64,000 nucleotides of DNA from the human T2T-CHM13v2.0 reference genome, Homo sapiens. The DNA lies in NCBI RefSeq assembly GCF_009914755.1, contig NC_060930.1; one strand, written 5' to 3'. Below the pieces are notes generated by a model, which ran no database searches, had not been told where the DNA came from, and saw only the letters and a list, made by a program, of their open reading frames with translations. Positions within the stretch are counted from its first letter, which is position 1. Each line of letters begins with the position of its first letter. Position numbers and translations under genes: made by a program. Shown here piece after piece: positions 19,472 to 37,497 of this stretch.

Positions 19472-19729
19472 AACTATTATTCTTATTTTGACTATCATTT
19501 ATCTTCAATTTGTTGTCTCTGTTTTAAATAAATCAAAATTCATTGTAAGAAGACTTTATGTGATTCCCTTTCTCCCTCTATTTAATTGGAATATCTTTGT
19601 TTCTCTAGCCCCCTTAAATAAAGTATTTGTATTGGAGGAAAAAAAGATTGTAAGTATATATCTTATATACTTAAGAAGTCAGTATTCTTATAACTCATTA
19701 CTACGAATAAGGGGGCAGCTCTGGGCTTA

Positions 19730-20203
19730 TGTGATAGTTTGGATTATTATTCAGCAGCTACTCAGTACCTTCTCCCCCAACCTGTGACTGAGAGCAGAGG
19801 AGGCTTTCTAGCCGTGTGATGTGGAGCTTGGCATTGCCTCTTGGTTAGGCCAATGGGATATTAGTGGGTGCGAGGTGAGCAAAGGCTTTAAGTAGACTGT
19901 GCTGTAAGGTTTTGCTCTGATGCTATAAAGATCTCCTACGGGAATACATACCCCATCGGGTGTATGCATCTTCAGCCTGGGACCAAGAGCAAACACAAGG
20001 ATGCAATTCCTGAACCGCAGCTGAAGCCACATGTGGGAACCCACAACCTGGAGTAGGGCAACCAGCCAGGCACTTCCCACATCAGCCAAATGGCACTCAC
20101 TCCTCTTACATATTCATGAATATGAGATGTGCTTCTATTTCTGTCATTAAGCTTTGGAAATGATTTGTTATACGTTATTTTGTGGCAAGTTGATGATTCA
20201 TAC
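19730..20203 (+). mobile_element. MLT1 (I/J-like) MaLR LTR
   Basis: ggccaatgggatattag, cttcagcctgggacc, and terminal tgatttgttatac...tgatgattcatac. Confidence 0.7.
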
Positions 20204-20724
20204 CTTGTGAAGTGCATCAGGTACATTCAACATGTAGACACCTTAAGCAAGTACAAGTCTGTGGAGCAGAAGAGTCACAAATAATGGCCTGAGTTGAGAG
20301 ACCTCAGAGATGTTCTTATTCTTTTCTTCATTTCCCACTTCTCAGACCTGAAGCAAAAAGAGAAAAGGAAGGGGCAGGCACACGTAACTTGCTCTTGTCC
20401 TACTGAGCATTGACAAAGGAAGGAAAAGACCCCAGATCACAAGGCAGGAGAAAACCATCTGAAGTCACAGGCGATAAGAGCAAGACACTCATCACAGAAC
20501 TGGGATGGCACTGCTGCTCCTGGCGGAGATCCAGCATGAGGCAGCATCCATGCACATTTAATGCCTTCAGCTTCTGTTGTTGAGAAACGATGGAAGACAG
20601 AAGTTCATGGCATGCTTCATCTAGCTTAGACATCAGCATTGTCTGTTTGCCCTTCCACATCCTCTCCCATCTTTTCCCATCTGAAAGTGTTGAAGAGCCG
20701 ATTCTAGGTGTCCATTAGGCTGGA

Positions 20725-20880
20725 CATATGAGAATATGTCTGCTAAAGTGGGAGGTAAGTTGCTACCCTTACACTGACCACCACAAAAGAAGACATGCAG
20801 TCACTGGTGGGGCCTCTTCATATTAGTGTTAGATTAGTACATGGATATTTCTAAGAAGTTACTGGAGTAAGTAAAGCTGT
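20725..20880 (+). mobile_element. Possible ERVL/MLT internal (pol) remnant
   Basis: aaagtgggaggtaagttgct...accacaaaagaagac...ctggtggggcctctt resembles ERVL pol as I recall it. Confidence 0.35.
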
Positions 20881-21139
20881 TATCATTGCCTAATTCTACA
20901 TTTTATAATGGGGTCCTTTGTTCATAACAATGAAATCCTTTAAGCAACTATTAAAATCCTTTGAAACAGTGTTCTGAGAGAAGGCTGTGTGGGAAACTAC
21001 ACTGTAATTAAGACTATCAGCATTATAAAGAGAATGCAACATATCTTGCACTTTTTAAAAAATAAAAGCTAAACAAGGGATATCATCTAAGCTATAAAGC
21101 CGTGAAACATAATAAAAGAGGAGCTTTTCAGTAGTCTGT

Positions 21140-21480
21140 GAATGAACATCAGTCAACAGGGTCCAATTGCCCTCTACAGACCACTCTACCAACAACAGTG
21201 AGAAACACATTTTTTTTATTATCCATGGAACGGTCAAAAGATAGATCATATTCTGGTTTATAAAGCAAATCTCAACACATTTAAAATAAGTCTCACAGAG
21301 TATGTTTTCTAACTGTAATGGAATCAAACTAGAAATCAATAATAGATAGACAACATGAAAAATCTCCAAACACTTGGAAATTAAATGCATACTTCTGAGT
21401 ACATCATAGGTCACAGGGAGTGTCTCAAAGAAAATAAAGCAATGTATACAAATGAATGAAAATATAACAATCTGTGAATA
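21140..21480 (+). mobile_element. L1M ORF2 endonuclease-region fragment
   Basis: atccatggaacgg...atagatcatattctgg...atggaatcaaactagaaatcaataa. Confidence 0.75.
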
Positions 21481-24400
21481 TATTTTTCTCTTTTATTTAC
21501 TTTAAAAAGTTTATGATTTTATAATTATGACTGGGAAGTCATAATTAAACGGTTGTAAAAATAATAATGATATACATGGCGAACACATGCTATGTGCCTT
21601 TGTACTAGAATTTTTATGTATCTTTACTGTTTAATTGCTTAATGTATTTATTATTATAATTATTATAAGTATAATACATTACTATAATGATTATATTATA
21701 AATATAAATTATTATATTAGGAATATTATAATATTTATGTATTATTTATAATTTAGCTCTCATGTTGATTTTAGACCCACTTCTCTCTACTTTTATCTGC
21801 ATACTAGGATATACGCACTATAGCTACTAAAAAAATGTGTTCATATTATCTGCTTGAGTTCAGAAGTTAAATGTGAAAAGGTTGTCATACCTGCATTTTT
21901 AGCAATTATTAGTCTAAACGCACTTTTAAGAAGTGGTCTCTTTACTTTTTTTGTTGAATCAGAATAACATCACAAAAAAATGTTACACCGCAAGCCAGGA
22001 AGTATGGTACTGTAGCAAAATAAGAGACCACTCTTAGGCCTTACTTATAACACTAGCAAAGATATGTTTATTTTTTTAATAGCTACAAAATAAATTAGTG
22101 AAAGAAAAAAGTTTAGAACATGGATTAAGTGTTAAAATAGAACTTTTAGGTAATTTTGTGTATCATATAGCTAACATCTGAGTGTGTCCTGAAATGAACC
22201 CAAGATATTATGGTAAATTGTGTTTGAACACCTTAAGTCATAGAAAGCTTACTCCTTGCTAGGGCAGTATATTTTTAGAAGAGTTTGAATTGTTTCAGGG
22301 TTCTTCCTTTAAGTAATCTATTTTAATTGAATTTCTATTATACCATTTTGTACTTCCTTAGTATGACTTCCCAGATTTTGGGTAAATCTTAGTAAATCTA
22401 TGTGCATTTTTTCCACTGATTTCTTTTGTAGATTTTATCACTGGATCTGACTATTGTCCTGTTGCCTATGACCTCAGTCCTGGGCACATCTATTAAGAGC
22501 CTCCTGCTTTCCTATCCCTTGGCAATTGCTTCTCTCTGTTGAGACCCCCATTCCATTCACAGGGGACAGAGCCCTGTCTTCATTCCGTTCAGCTGCCCCT
22601 CTCACTGCTTGCATGGCTCAGGCCAGCTCTCTGAATGGGCTTGCTGCACTTAGCACACCTAAAAACACAAGAAAAAAAATGCCAGCAGTTCTCATTCAAA
22701 ACTTTAGAGCTTATTTACTTCTGCTTTCATCTCCTCACGAAGCATGTCACTATGTCCTTCTCATTTTTTTTCAGTCCCAAATCTGCACCAGTTCCATATT
22801 TTACATATTATGACCCTTTGATTAGTATTGAATGTCCTCAACTGGAAGTTTCTTTAGAAATCACTTCAAACACAAAACCTATTGGTTAAGAAATAACAAT
22901 GTAACAGAATAAAGAGTGAACTGTATTTTAAATTGATTCCTGGATCAGTAACAGCTAAGAACCATGGCAGCCTCAAAGAGTCACGAACTTCATGCGGGTA
23001 AAGGTGTTCTGAATTAGAATGACTCTTTGCAAAAGGCAAAGAGATAAATTATTCCACTTATTAATTCTGTACACAGAACTTCAGACAGCCCCTAAAGTAA
23101 ACAAACCAAGTAGCTAGGAGGGAAATACTGAGTGTGAAAGAGTTGATGAGCTAATTACATAATTATTGAAAAATATTACAGTAAACAGTCAGCAAATCTG
23201 AAGGGGTTGAACTGTTTATCTGAATGCAACTTCTCATAGGATGTTACCAAAACAATAAAAGAGAGTTAGCACTGCTGTCTCACGAAACTAAATATTTCTT
23301 GCTTCATTGCTAGTCTTATTTAAATATATATTTTTGAATAATTTTCAGTCTCTTAGAGTGGAAATATGATATTTCATTGCAATTTGCGGGGAATTTTTTT
23401 TTTCAGTTTAAACACAGAAAGCATATTTCTCTTTGACCCATGATCTTAGGTTCACACACACAAAAAGATAAGATGTAGTGCATGATCTGGTTGCTGTGTG
23501 TGAATGAGGAGTACTTTTAAAATTAAGTGCATTTTGAATGTTAGACTGACTGCGTTTTCATTAAGGTGAATGCTATGAGCAGGGCTGTTATCCTTTTCGG
23601 ATGCTAGGCTCACGCATTAAAATCTTACTCACGATGGGGTCTGGCTTCCTTGCTTTCATCAAATTGCTACCTCTCGGCAGGAACCCAGACAACCAGGGTG
23701 CCTGCATCACTCTGTGTGGTTTTCTGTAGGAAGCTCCCATAAAGGGTTGCATAATTGTGAATAAGCCTTTTGGAAGAAATGTGAAAGCTCCCATTGTGCT
23801 GAAACAAGGAAGGAGGCCAATGTTTGAGAGGAGGTTGCTGTAGTTTTGCCAAATTGTGGAAGGAAAATGCATGAGGCCAATTTTGAAGCCCAGCTGCATC
23901 TTTCTAAGTTAAATATATATATGGGTTTCATTTTTTAATTCTAGTTTTGAGTAAAATTACAACTCTATTAAGGTGGTGATTTAAAAGATTCTTTTACAAT
24001 TGTATAAAATAATGTATCATGATCTATGTAACACACAATAAACACAACCACTTTTTTGCCCAAAGTTCCAATGAAATAAGTCTTTCAATGAATAGACTAA
24101 AACCTTTTTGACTGTGTGGATTCCTTGATTAAGTCTAGCAATGACTGCCCATTGTCTGCTCAATTCCATTTACCCACTGTTTTCTTAGCCAATTTTGTAT
24201 CTACATGAAACCCAGACCTAGGCTTCAGTTAGGTAGTGCCCCGGGTGGTCCATCAGATATGTCAAGCCTATTTCAGTATTGACTGAAAGCTTGGTCTCAC
24301 ATTTTTCTGTGTGATTAGCATATCTTCTCCAACTTTTGTTTCCCATGAGACTGCACCATCTTCTGAGTCGAGGGCCAAACTTTTTTTACAAGGTTCCATC

Positions 24401-24519
24401 GCTTTCAGACACACGGGGACTGCAGTTCCTCAGCCACTCCGGGTTTGATCCCACCACTGGGTCTTAGCATGTGCTGCTTCCCACATTCACCAACGGGTGC
24501 CCCTGGCTGCACAAATCCA

Positions 24520-24860
24520 GGGGCATCATTCAAATGGAATTGAAGCCTCTGCTCTCCTATTCACTAGTATATGTAACTCCAAAACTCAGTTTCTCGATGT
24601 TCTTGAAATGAGATTATAGGACTTGCTTTACTTACTCTATAAGAGGTATATGTGGCTCCTTTGTTGTTAAAGTTCTTTGTAAAGTATTAAATTCTCTACA
24701 AGGGGGGTTATTATCATTAAAATGCATTTATTGTCTCTTCAATGAATTAAACCTCACTGATGGGGATGAACCGTGCTTTCTACTCCATTGAATTAATAGA
24801 AGTTTAATAGAAACACAAAGCACTGCAGATTGTAGGCACTCAATATATGTTGCCCAAACT
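24520..24860 (+). mobile_element. MIR fragment followed by an L2 3' end
   Basis: ctcagtttctc...gaaatgagattata; gtaggcactcaatatatgttg. Confidence 0.5.
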
Positions 24861-25589
24861 AAGGCTTCATCATTTATTATCAGACCAAGGAATAAGTCAT
24901 CCAGTTAACCAAATAGTTCTCAACCTCATTCACTGTGGAAAACACTAACCAATCCTATTGCCTGAATGCCTGGGATATAACTGGCAACTTTCAGCAAATC
25001 TTGAATCCTTCCAAGGCTCTTAGCTACAAACCCTGTCCTCAATAAACACAAAAACTACTTAGAGAGACAAGCATACAAAAGTGATTCATACAATAGTAGA
25101 GTTATATACAGAGACCTCCTTGCAAGATTGGTATTCAGCAATCAATGTGATTGTACTGGTTGTTAAAAATGTTGACTATGACACATTGCAGTGTGAACAC
25201 ACATGGCCGAGACACGGGAATCCCAGAAGCCTAGTAAGAGTAAAGACCAAGTGTCTTAAGCCTTCAAGACAGAAAGAATTATCCAAGAAACACTGGCGGC
25301 TCACAGATGCTATCTGAGAGTTGAAGGCAATATGCAATTGTAGCAGCCCTTGAAAATCTTTTAAAGTAAACAAACCATGCTTACGAATAATACATGACTG
25401 TTTGGCTGAATGCCTAGTGATTGCAGAACGTCTTTGAGGATAGCAGGTTAAGAGTCTGCATTTATTAAAAAATACAATAACAATAATAACAGTAATGAAT
25501 CTTAACTCTTGTTTTTCCATCTTGTCTTTGCTTCAGAAATGCAGAATTGCTCACATGTTCTAATTATTGAAAAATAAAAACAGAAAATG

Positions 25590-26370
25590 GACAGTCTTCT
25601 AAAATTGCACACAAGAGTTTTAGGCTCAAATCCTTTCCCTGGTACACTAGCAAGGTTCTTGGGCTTGATGCCTCTAAGCTTCCCTACCTCCCACTTCCTC
25701 TTTGCTAAGGACGGAAATGCCTTTCTAAAACCGGATGTTTTGACTCAGGTCTCCCTCTTTCTCCTGAGGGTCAACTGTAAGAACTCGGATGTCACTCATG
25801 ACTCTACTTTTCATGACGCCTCCCAACCCCTTGTTCCTCTTTTACTGATCATTGCTTTTTATTTGCACTTTATTCATTTTATAAGACTTTGTAGCTTTCA
25901 CAGGCATTTTGCAGTCATTATTTCTTAAGAGCTTGCATCAACCCTGCAAAATGGGCTGGATAAATAAAACAGGTGAGAAAATTCCCTTACAGAACAATTA
26001 TGTAACTTGCCTGGCAATTCACCAGGCTTCTTCTACGATACACGTTTTCTCATTTTTAAGATTGCTGGTTCTCAGTATTATTCTTTCTGTTCAAATTCTC
26101 TCGCATCCTCACTTCATCTTGCTATCAACTTCTCTAGCCTGATGTCAGCTGATGACTTTCTTTCCTTTATGGAGAATAAGTACTCGTATAACAGCCACCT
26201 ACTTTTTAACCAACACAACTACAAAAACAGTTGCCTGCATGTGCATCTTTTCCTTAGTTCTTCCTGTTGGGACACTCACCTTTTTATTGAAGGAGGAACC
26301 CCCCAACTTCATCCCCATAACTTGTGTTCTCCAAGGCTTTTGCCCTTGAAGCCATGGCCACATCCTTAGA
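25590..26370. mobile_element. Cluster of MIR (both strands) and L2 fragments
   Basis: ggctcaaatcc; catcaaccctgcaaaatggg...gtaacttgcctgg; cagctgatgactttctttcc. Confidence 0.45.
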
Positions 26371-26399
26371 TGCTCAGGAGTTAAATATTGAGAAACCGA

Positions 26400-27451
26400 G
26401 GAGGAAGCCATCCCTAAGAGGTTAAAATCTTAAGCGGAGCTTTTGACATCCTCACAGAAATAAAGAAACAAATATTGGAGTTTGGAATCATTGGAAGAGG
26501 AAGGGCCCTGTAAACACCTTCAACTTTCTGTTGAGACCTCTGAATGGCATTTTCCTCTTAGTAAAAGCCGAGTAAAAATACACCAGCATAACACAGCATG
26601 AGATTCAGACTCCAAACTGAGACTCAGTCTCAGTTCCTGCCAGCAGAAAGAAAATTGAATCTAATACCAAAGAAAATAACAGTATTATAAGATATAGGAA
26701 AGGAAGAAAAAAGGAAACTATTATTTGCATGTGAAATAATTGTGTGCATAGAATTTTTTTAAATGCAGATAAATTCACAATAATTCATGTGTGAATTGAA
26801 CAATGTTACCGGATTCAAGTTCAATATAATAATCAGTGACAGCTTTTATAGTAGAAATAAATAAATATATTTTTATGTAATAAAATATATCAATTAAAAT
26901 AAATAAATATAAAGTTTTGAAAATTATTAAACATTATCAGCTGCATCACAAAAATTTACCATATCACAGTGAATCTACAGATGTTGAGCATGCATTTTGC
27001 TCTAAAATTTACAAAATGTTATCAGAATAGTTGAGGAAGACAAATAAATGAAATGATATATGGTTTCAATGGATTGAAAGGTTTAATGTTGTAAAAATGT
27101 AATTGAACTTAATCTGTTGTTTCAAGGAAATCCTAAACAAAATTCTGGCAGATTTTTGTTTTGGAAAAGTATGGAAATGTACAAGTTGTTTTAAACATTT
27201 TTATGGCAATACAAAAGTCCAAGATAAGAAGAGTAAAGTGAGAGTCTTATACTGGGAGAGATCAAGACTGACTTACACAGCTACAGTCATTAACAGAGTA
27301 ACATATTGTCATATGGATAGACAATTAGAACAGGGGAACAGAAGGTCTGAAACAGTCACGCATTTATGTGGTCAGCTGATTTATACCAAAGGTGCAAACT
27401 AGAAGTAGGTAGAAAAACCAGCCTTTTCAGTAAAGTTTCGAGAAGATCCTT

Positions 27452-27491
<40 letters not shown>

Positions 27492-28270
27492 CGATATGCA
27501 AATGAACAGTCAACATATAAAAATATACTCAACTTTATTATAAACAAGGGGATGCAATTTAAAACTCTCATAGGATATCCCTATATAACCAATAGAGTAG
27601 CTAAAATGGGAAAAGACAGATACTACCAAATTTAGCAAAGATATGAATTAGTTGGAATCATCATATATTTGGTTGGAATATAAAATGGTACAACCACTTA
27701 GAAAATAAAGTTTGGCAGTATCTATTAAAGAAGAACATATGCAAATTTTTTACCACCAATTTCACACCTGGATATTTACTCAAGAAAAATGAGGACATTT
27801 TCTACAAAAAAGATGTTACAGAATATTTAAGCATTTGTATTGATACTAAAATAAAACCAGAAATAACCTAATGACTATCAAATTAGAATACACAAAGAAA
27901 ATGTGTTTTATGGAAAAAAATTGAACACTACATAGCAATAAAAGTGAGTAGACGGTTGTACTGGATGACAAGAAATAGTTATAAATAGAAAACTGAGTAA
28001 AGGAAGTCTTGCATATATGAGCACGTGCTGTATGATTTCACTTATATCAAGTTCAATAATATGCAAAGCAAAGTAACGGTGATAGAAATCTGCAAGTTTC
28101 TTTCTTTTGAAAGGGATAAAGACTAGGAGGAAACTGGGGATGTGTTTCTAAGTTTCTTGTACTGGTGCATGTCTTGAAAAGGAAGGGAGGTTTCACAAGA
28201 GTTAGGCAATATCTACCTGTACACATTATTTGTGCATTTTTTCTGTATGTATATTATGCTTCCATAAAAA
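26400..28270 (+). mobile_element. Ancient L1ME fragments
   Basis: ggattgaaaggtttaatgttgtaaaaatg, aaatggtacaaccacttagaaaa, tgtatgatttcacttatat. Contains a (CA)n(GA)n tract at 27453-27491. Confidence 0.7.
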
Positions 28271-28289
28271 AATCACTTAAAGGCACATG

Positions 28290-28760
28290 GTCCATTATCT
28301 CTCACTGAAAAAACAAAATCACCCATCATTTCTCAAGCCCTCTTGACACTGCATCGCTTATCCATTTTTCTGTACAGCCAGACTTCTGGAAAGGGTACAA
28401 ATGCACTTGCCTCTCACTTTCCCAACTCTACTTTGCTCTTCAATTTATATATTTATTCTCCCAGATTCCACAAAATGTTCTTTATAAGGACACAAATGAA
28501 CAGGCCATGATTCCAGTTCAAATAGACACTGTTCTGTTCTCATCTTCGCCATGTCTCAGCAGCATTCAGAACTTCATAACTCTCCTGCTTTCTCAAAACC
28601 TTCCTTCTTTGACATGGGTGAGAGCTTTATCCTAGTTTTCTTCTCAAGCTTTCAGATTCCTGATTCACATCCTTCTTTATTGGCTTCTTCTTTGGATAAT
28701 TTTTAAATGTTGGAGTTCATCAAACCTGTTTTTCAAAGTTTATCACCCCTCCAATTTCAA
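28290..28760 (+). mobile_element. L2 fragment
   Basis: cagccagacttctggaaag, ctcagcagcattcaga, taaatgttggagttc. Confidence 0.6.
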
Positions 28761-28839
28761 CCAGCAACTTCATAGATTTCTAAGTGGGTTTACCAATTAT
28801 GAGAACAATGTTTTGTTTTCCAATGTGAAGTGCATTTTC

Positions 28840-29169
28840 TTTTCTGTCCTTTTCTTTCTTTCTCTTTTTTTTTTTTTTTTTTTTTTTGACGGAGTTCGCT
28901 CTTGTTACCCAGGCTGGAGTGCAATGATGCAATCTCAGCTCACGGCCACCTCTCCCTCCCAGGTTAAAGCGATGCTTCTGCCTCAGCCTCCACAGTAGCT
29001 GGGATTACAGGCACATGCCACCATGCCTGGCTAATTTTTTTGTATTTTTAGTAGAGACAGGGTTCCACCATGTTGGCCAGGCTGGTTTCAAACTCCCAAC
29101 CTCAGGTGATCCACCCACCTCAGCCTCCCAAAGTGCTGGGATTGCAGGCGTGAGCCACCGGGCCCAGCT
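28840..29169 (-). mobile_element. AluSq/Sp
   Basis: cgctcttgttacccaggctggagtgcaat diagnostic. TSD gtgcattttc at 28830-28839 and 29171-29180. Confidence 0.93.
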
Positions 29170-29179
29170 CGTGCATTTT

Positions 29180-30700
29180 CATTTAATATTATTGTTGTTT
29201 CCTTTTTCAACTCACTATCTGCTTTATATTTGTCTTATCTGTTCTGTTTTTCTGTATTCCTCCTTCCTAATCTTCTCTTGGGATAATCAAGTATTTTTAA
29301 TCATAATCTTTTCTATTAGTGATGTTTCATAATTTTTTCGCTTTATTATTTTAATTGTAAGTCTACATATTAAAATCTACCCTTTATTAGATTACTTAAT
29401 AAAATAATGCTTTTTCTATGTCCAGAATCATGCAAGAATCTTACAGGAGTTTAGATCTTTTACCTCCTATGCATCTTCATGTTAACGTTGCCATGTGTTT
29501 TATTTCTTCCACACCTGTTGTAAATTTCAATAGATATAGTTATTATTTTTGGTTTAAACAGTAATTATATTTTAATATTTATTCACTAATGTATCTTTTC
29601 CCATGTTTATTTCTTCCTGAATTCTATCTTTGTTGTTCAGCAATTTGACCGTGGTGTACCTAAGTGTAGTTTTGTTCATATTTACTCTGCTTGGGTTTAG
29701 CTAAAAATATTGAGTATCTGCATTGATATATTTCATCAATATTTGAAAATTCTCAATTATTACATATTCAGTTATTTACTTTTGTTTCACTCTCCAACAG
29801 GAAGTTCAAAGCCTCCAATTATATATATATGACCATCTGACCATAGTCTACTCATTTATTACAGTTTTCTTAACTCATTTGTTTTATTGATACTATAATA
29901 AGTATATTTTCCATTGATATGTCTTTTGGCTTACTAATTTTATTCAATATTGTGTCTAGGCTGCTGTTAAAATCATTCAATGAGCTCCTAATTCTGTCTA
30001 TTTCATTATTTTGTTATAGAGCATTTTTTATTCTTTTTTATAGATTCCAATTTTCCATTAAATTTTCCATTTTTACCCTATTTTAAATTTTTTCTATATA
30101 TTTTAACAAATTTATATTTATTATCTAAAAAGTCATTGCCTAAGTCAGCTGTGGGGTGGCTTTCATTATTGATTTTTTGCTTGATTACATGTTATGTTTT
30201 CCTTCCTCTTTTAATTTCCTGTCATTATTTTGTTGGACCTTGCTTTTTTCTTTTATATATTTTTACAGTTTTCTTGAGGTGCAATTTGCTTACAATACGA
30301 TTCAACCACAAATTATACAATTCAGCATTTTTTAGTACATTCATAAAATTGTGCAACCATCAAAACAACAAATTTTAGAACAATTTTAGCACTCCAGAAA
30401 GAAATCCTGTACTCTTTAGCTGTGACCAGCTCAGTCCCCTCATTCCCCCAATCCCCAATCCAAAGCAACAACTAATCTGTCTGCTTCTTGTCTCTATACA
30501 TTTGCCAATTCTGGACCTTTAATTCAAATGGAAAAATAGACCATGTGGCCTTTGTGTCTGGCTTTTTACTTAGCATAAATTTTCAATGTTCTTCCACATT
30601 ATAGCATGAATTAGTACTTAATTCTTTTTTACAGTCAAATAATATTTCACATTGTCTAGATATACTCCATTTTGTTTAACCACTCATCAGTTGATAGAGC
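29180..30700 (-). mobile_element. L1ME fragment plus L1MB 3' end
   Basis: From ~30255: tagtacattcataaaattgtgcaaccatc...tttgccaattctggac...ggcctttgtgtctggcttt. Confidence 0.7.
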
Positions 30701-31494
30701 AATATGATAATTTTGCAATCTTTGACTTTGAGCGTTTATGTTTTCTGTCCTTATGGGAAGAATACCATATTAAGTTGGCAAAGATCCTTTGGGTAATGCA
30801 CTGGACTTGAGGACCAATGTAAAATTATAAGTAAGAAATAGATATTAAGTTCTTCCAAGCTGGACTTACAACAAATAATCAGGTCCTAATACATTTGTTA
30901 TACCATTCAGAGGAAGTTTTTAAAAATTAGCTCTTTTTCAAAGTACTAAATAAAAAAATGTGTTGCATTTGAATCAGTCTTTTCAAAACAACAAGAATAT
31001 TATTCCACAAACATATATGGAGCACTTATTTTGTCAGAGTCAGTGACCTTCAGGACTTTAATTTAAAAAAACAACTAACAGTCACAGAAGACCCATGAAA
31101 ACAAAAGACAAACAATGGGAGGGATAATACATGAAGCACAAATGGTCAGTTTTTATGGGCAGACTGAAGGCCAGGTAGGTCAGAAGAATAAACTAGCTGG
31201 GTGTGCCATAAGCCTGCCCGGAGGCAAGCTTGCCTCAGTTCCACCAACTGCAGACTGGACTTTCAAGTCAACATTTGAACGACCCCTCTTTTCTCAGAAG
31301 AGTCTGCCACAGTTCCAATGTCGGGCTCTCCATCTGTGCCACTGGTGGACTGAGGCCATTCTGGAATCAGCCGATCTGGGGGTCCCTGTTTTCCTCGCTG
31401 TAAACAAAATGATGAGTTGGACTCAATATTCTGCAGCTTCTCCCAAAAGGCAGAGAATAGAACAGGAAGACTTCAGTATCTGGCATTTCTTAGA

Positions 31495-31637
31495 CGTTTT
31501 GAATCGACACAAGTTGTATATATTTATCAAGTACAGCATGATGTTTTAAAATATGCATACACTGTAAAATGGCTTGGTTGAGCAAATTAGCCTATGAATC
31601 CCCTCATATGCTTATCATTTATTGTGGTGGGACAACC
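31495..31637 (-). mobile_element. L1MA 3' terminal fragment
   Basis: ttgtatatatttatcaagtacagcatgatgttttaaaatatgcatacactgtaaaatggct. Confidence 0.65.
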
Positions 31638-32590
31638 GTGTTTTTAAAACCTGTGGAGAAGGAAGTCAATGTTATTTCTCTGCAGATGTGGTTTTCCAAT
31701 TCATTTATTAGGCAAATAGGATAAGAGGGTGATTAACTCAATACCATCATGAATTTCGGCATGTCCAGTTTGGATTTTAGCTTTAGTTAGTTTCAGCCAC
31801 TTTTTGTTTCGAATGTTTTGAGGTTGAGTTTCTCTCTCGAGACTTTGTTTCCTACACACTGTGAACCTACAGGTGATTCAGTCTGTCTTTCCAGTCCATT
31901 CCTCCAGGTTCCTATGCCTCAGCACCCATAAGATATTACATGTTTTTTTAAAAAAGGACACACATTTGAAGTTCCTCCAATCTCAAACTATTAGGTTAGT
32001 CCAGGTAGCTTTTAAGACTTGGTTGCTCTTTTAAGTGGTCTTCTGTGCATGGCAAGCCTAATTCAACAAATTCTCTGAAAGACAATTGGTTTCCAATGAT
32101 TTCATTCTACTTAAAAGAACACTTTTCTACCTAGAATTATAGTTCTTCTAGTCCTTTTGGCTTCTTTAGATTCCACATACATTTTAAAATAAATTTTAAA
32201 CTGTGTTAGTTGTTCCAGTTACTGTAGCAAGAGTGATCACTTGCCTCTACCTACAATATCCTATAACCAAGAAAGCTCTATTGCCATTTATTTAATTTTA
32301 TGCTAAAATATTCCTTAAAATGTTGTTTGTCTCTTTATCTCTCCCTCTTCCTTTTATTTTATTTTATTTATTTTATTTTATTATTATTATACTTTAAGTT
32401 TTAGGGTACATGTGCACAATGTGCAGGTTAGTTACATATGTATACATGTGACATGCTGGTGTGCTGCACCCATTAACTCGTCATTTAGCATTAGGTATAT
32501 CTCCCAATGCTATCCCTCCCCCCTCCCCCCACCCCACCACAGTCCCCAGAGTGTGATATTCCCCTTCCTGTGTCCATGTGATCTCATTGT

Positions 32591-36444
<3,854 letters not shown>

Positions 36445-36480
36445 TTAGTTGATGCAGTTTCTTCCTGGCCTTGATGGTCT

Positions 36481-37497
36481 TTACAATTTGGCATGATTTT
36501 GCAGTGGCTGGTACCAGTTGTTCCTTTCCATGTTTAGTGCTTCCTTCAGGAGCTCTTTTAGGGCAGGCCTGGTGGTGACAAAATCTCTCAGCATTTGCTT
36601 GTCTGTAAAGGATTTTATTTCTCCTTCACTTGTGAAGCTTAATTTGGCTGGATATGAAATTCTGGGTTGAAAATTCTTTTCTTTAAGAATGTTGAATATT
36701 GGCCCCCACTCTCTTCTGGCTTGTAGAGTTTCTGCCAAGAGATCCGCTGTTAGTCTGATGGACTTCCCTTTGTGAGTAACCCGACCTTTCTCTCTGGCTG
36801 CCCTTAACATTTTTTCCTTCATTTCAACTTTGGTGAATCTGACAATTATGTGTCTTGGAGTTGCTCTTCTCAAGGAGTATCTTTGTGGCATTCTCTGTAT
36901 TTCCTGAATCTGAATGTTGGCCTGCCTTGCTAGATTGGGGAAGTTCTCCTGGATAATATCCTGCAGAGTGTTTTCCAACTTGGTTCCATTCTCCCTGTCA
37001 CTGTCAGGTACACCAATCAGACATAGATTTGGTCTTTTCACACAGTCCCATATTTCTTGGAGGCTTTGTTCATTTCTTTTTATTCTTTTTTCTCTAAACT
37101 TCCTTTCTCGCTTCATTTCATTCACTTCATCTTCCATCACTGATACCCTTTCTTCCAGTTGATCGCATCGGCTCCTGAGGCTTCTGCATTCTTCACATAG
37201 TTCTCGAACCTTGGCTTTCAGCTCCATCAGCTCCTTTAAGCACTTTTCTGTATTGGTTATTCTACTTATACATTCGTCTAAATTTTTTTCAAAGTTTTCA
37301 ACTTCTTTCCCTTTGGTTTGAATTTCCTCCTGTAGCTCGGAGTAGTTTGATCATCTGAAGCCTTCTTCTCTCAACTCCTCAAAGTCATTCTCCATCCAGC
37401 TTTGTTCTGTTGCTGGTGAGGAGCTGCATTCCTTTGGAGGAGGAGAGGTGCTCTGCTTTTTAGAGTTTCCAGTTTTTCTGCTCTGTTTTTTCCCCAT
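36481..37497 (-). pseudogene. L1 ORF1 (RNA-binding protein) with a premature stop
   Basis: ATG at 37497 and a full 1017-nt span. Codon 49 is CGA>TGA (37351-37353). The downstream 248 aa are open. Confidence 0.95.

Noticed and set aside
31115-31549. 144-aa plus-strand ORF
   Set aside because: It overlaps MIR-like and L1MA sequence and has no recognisable protein features.
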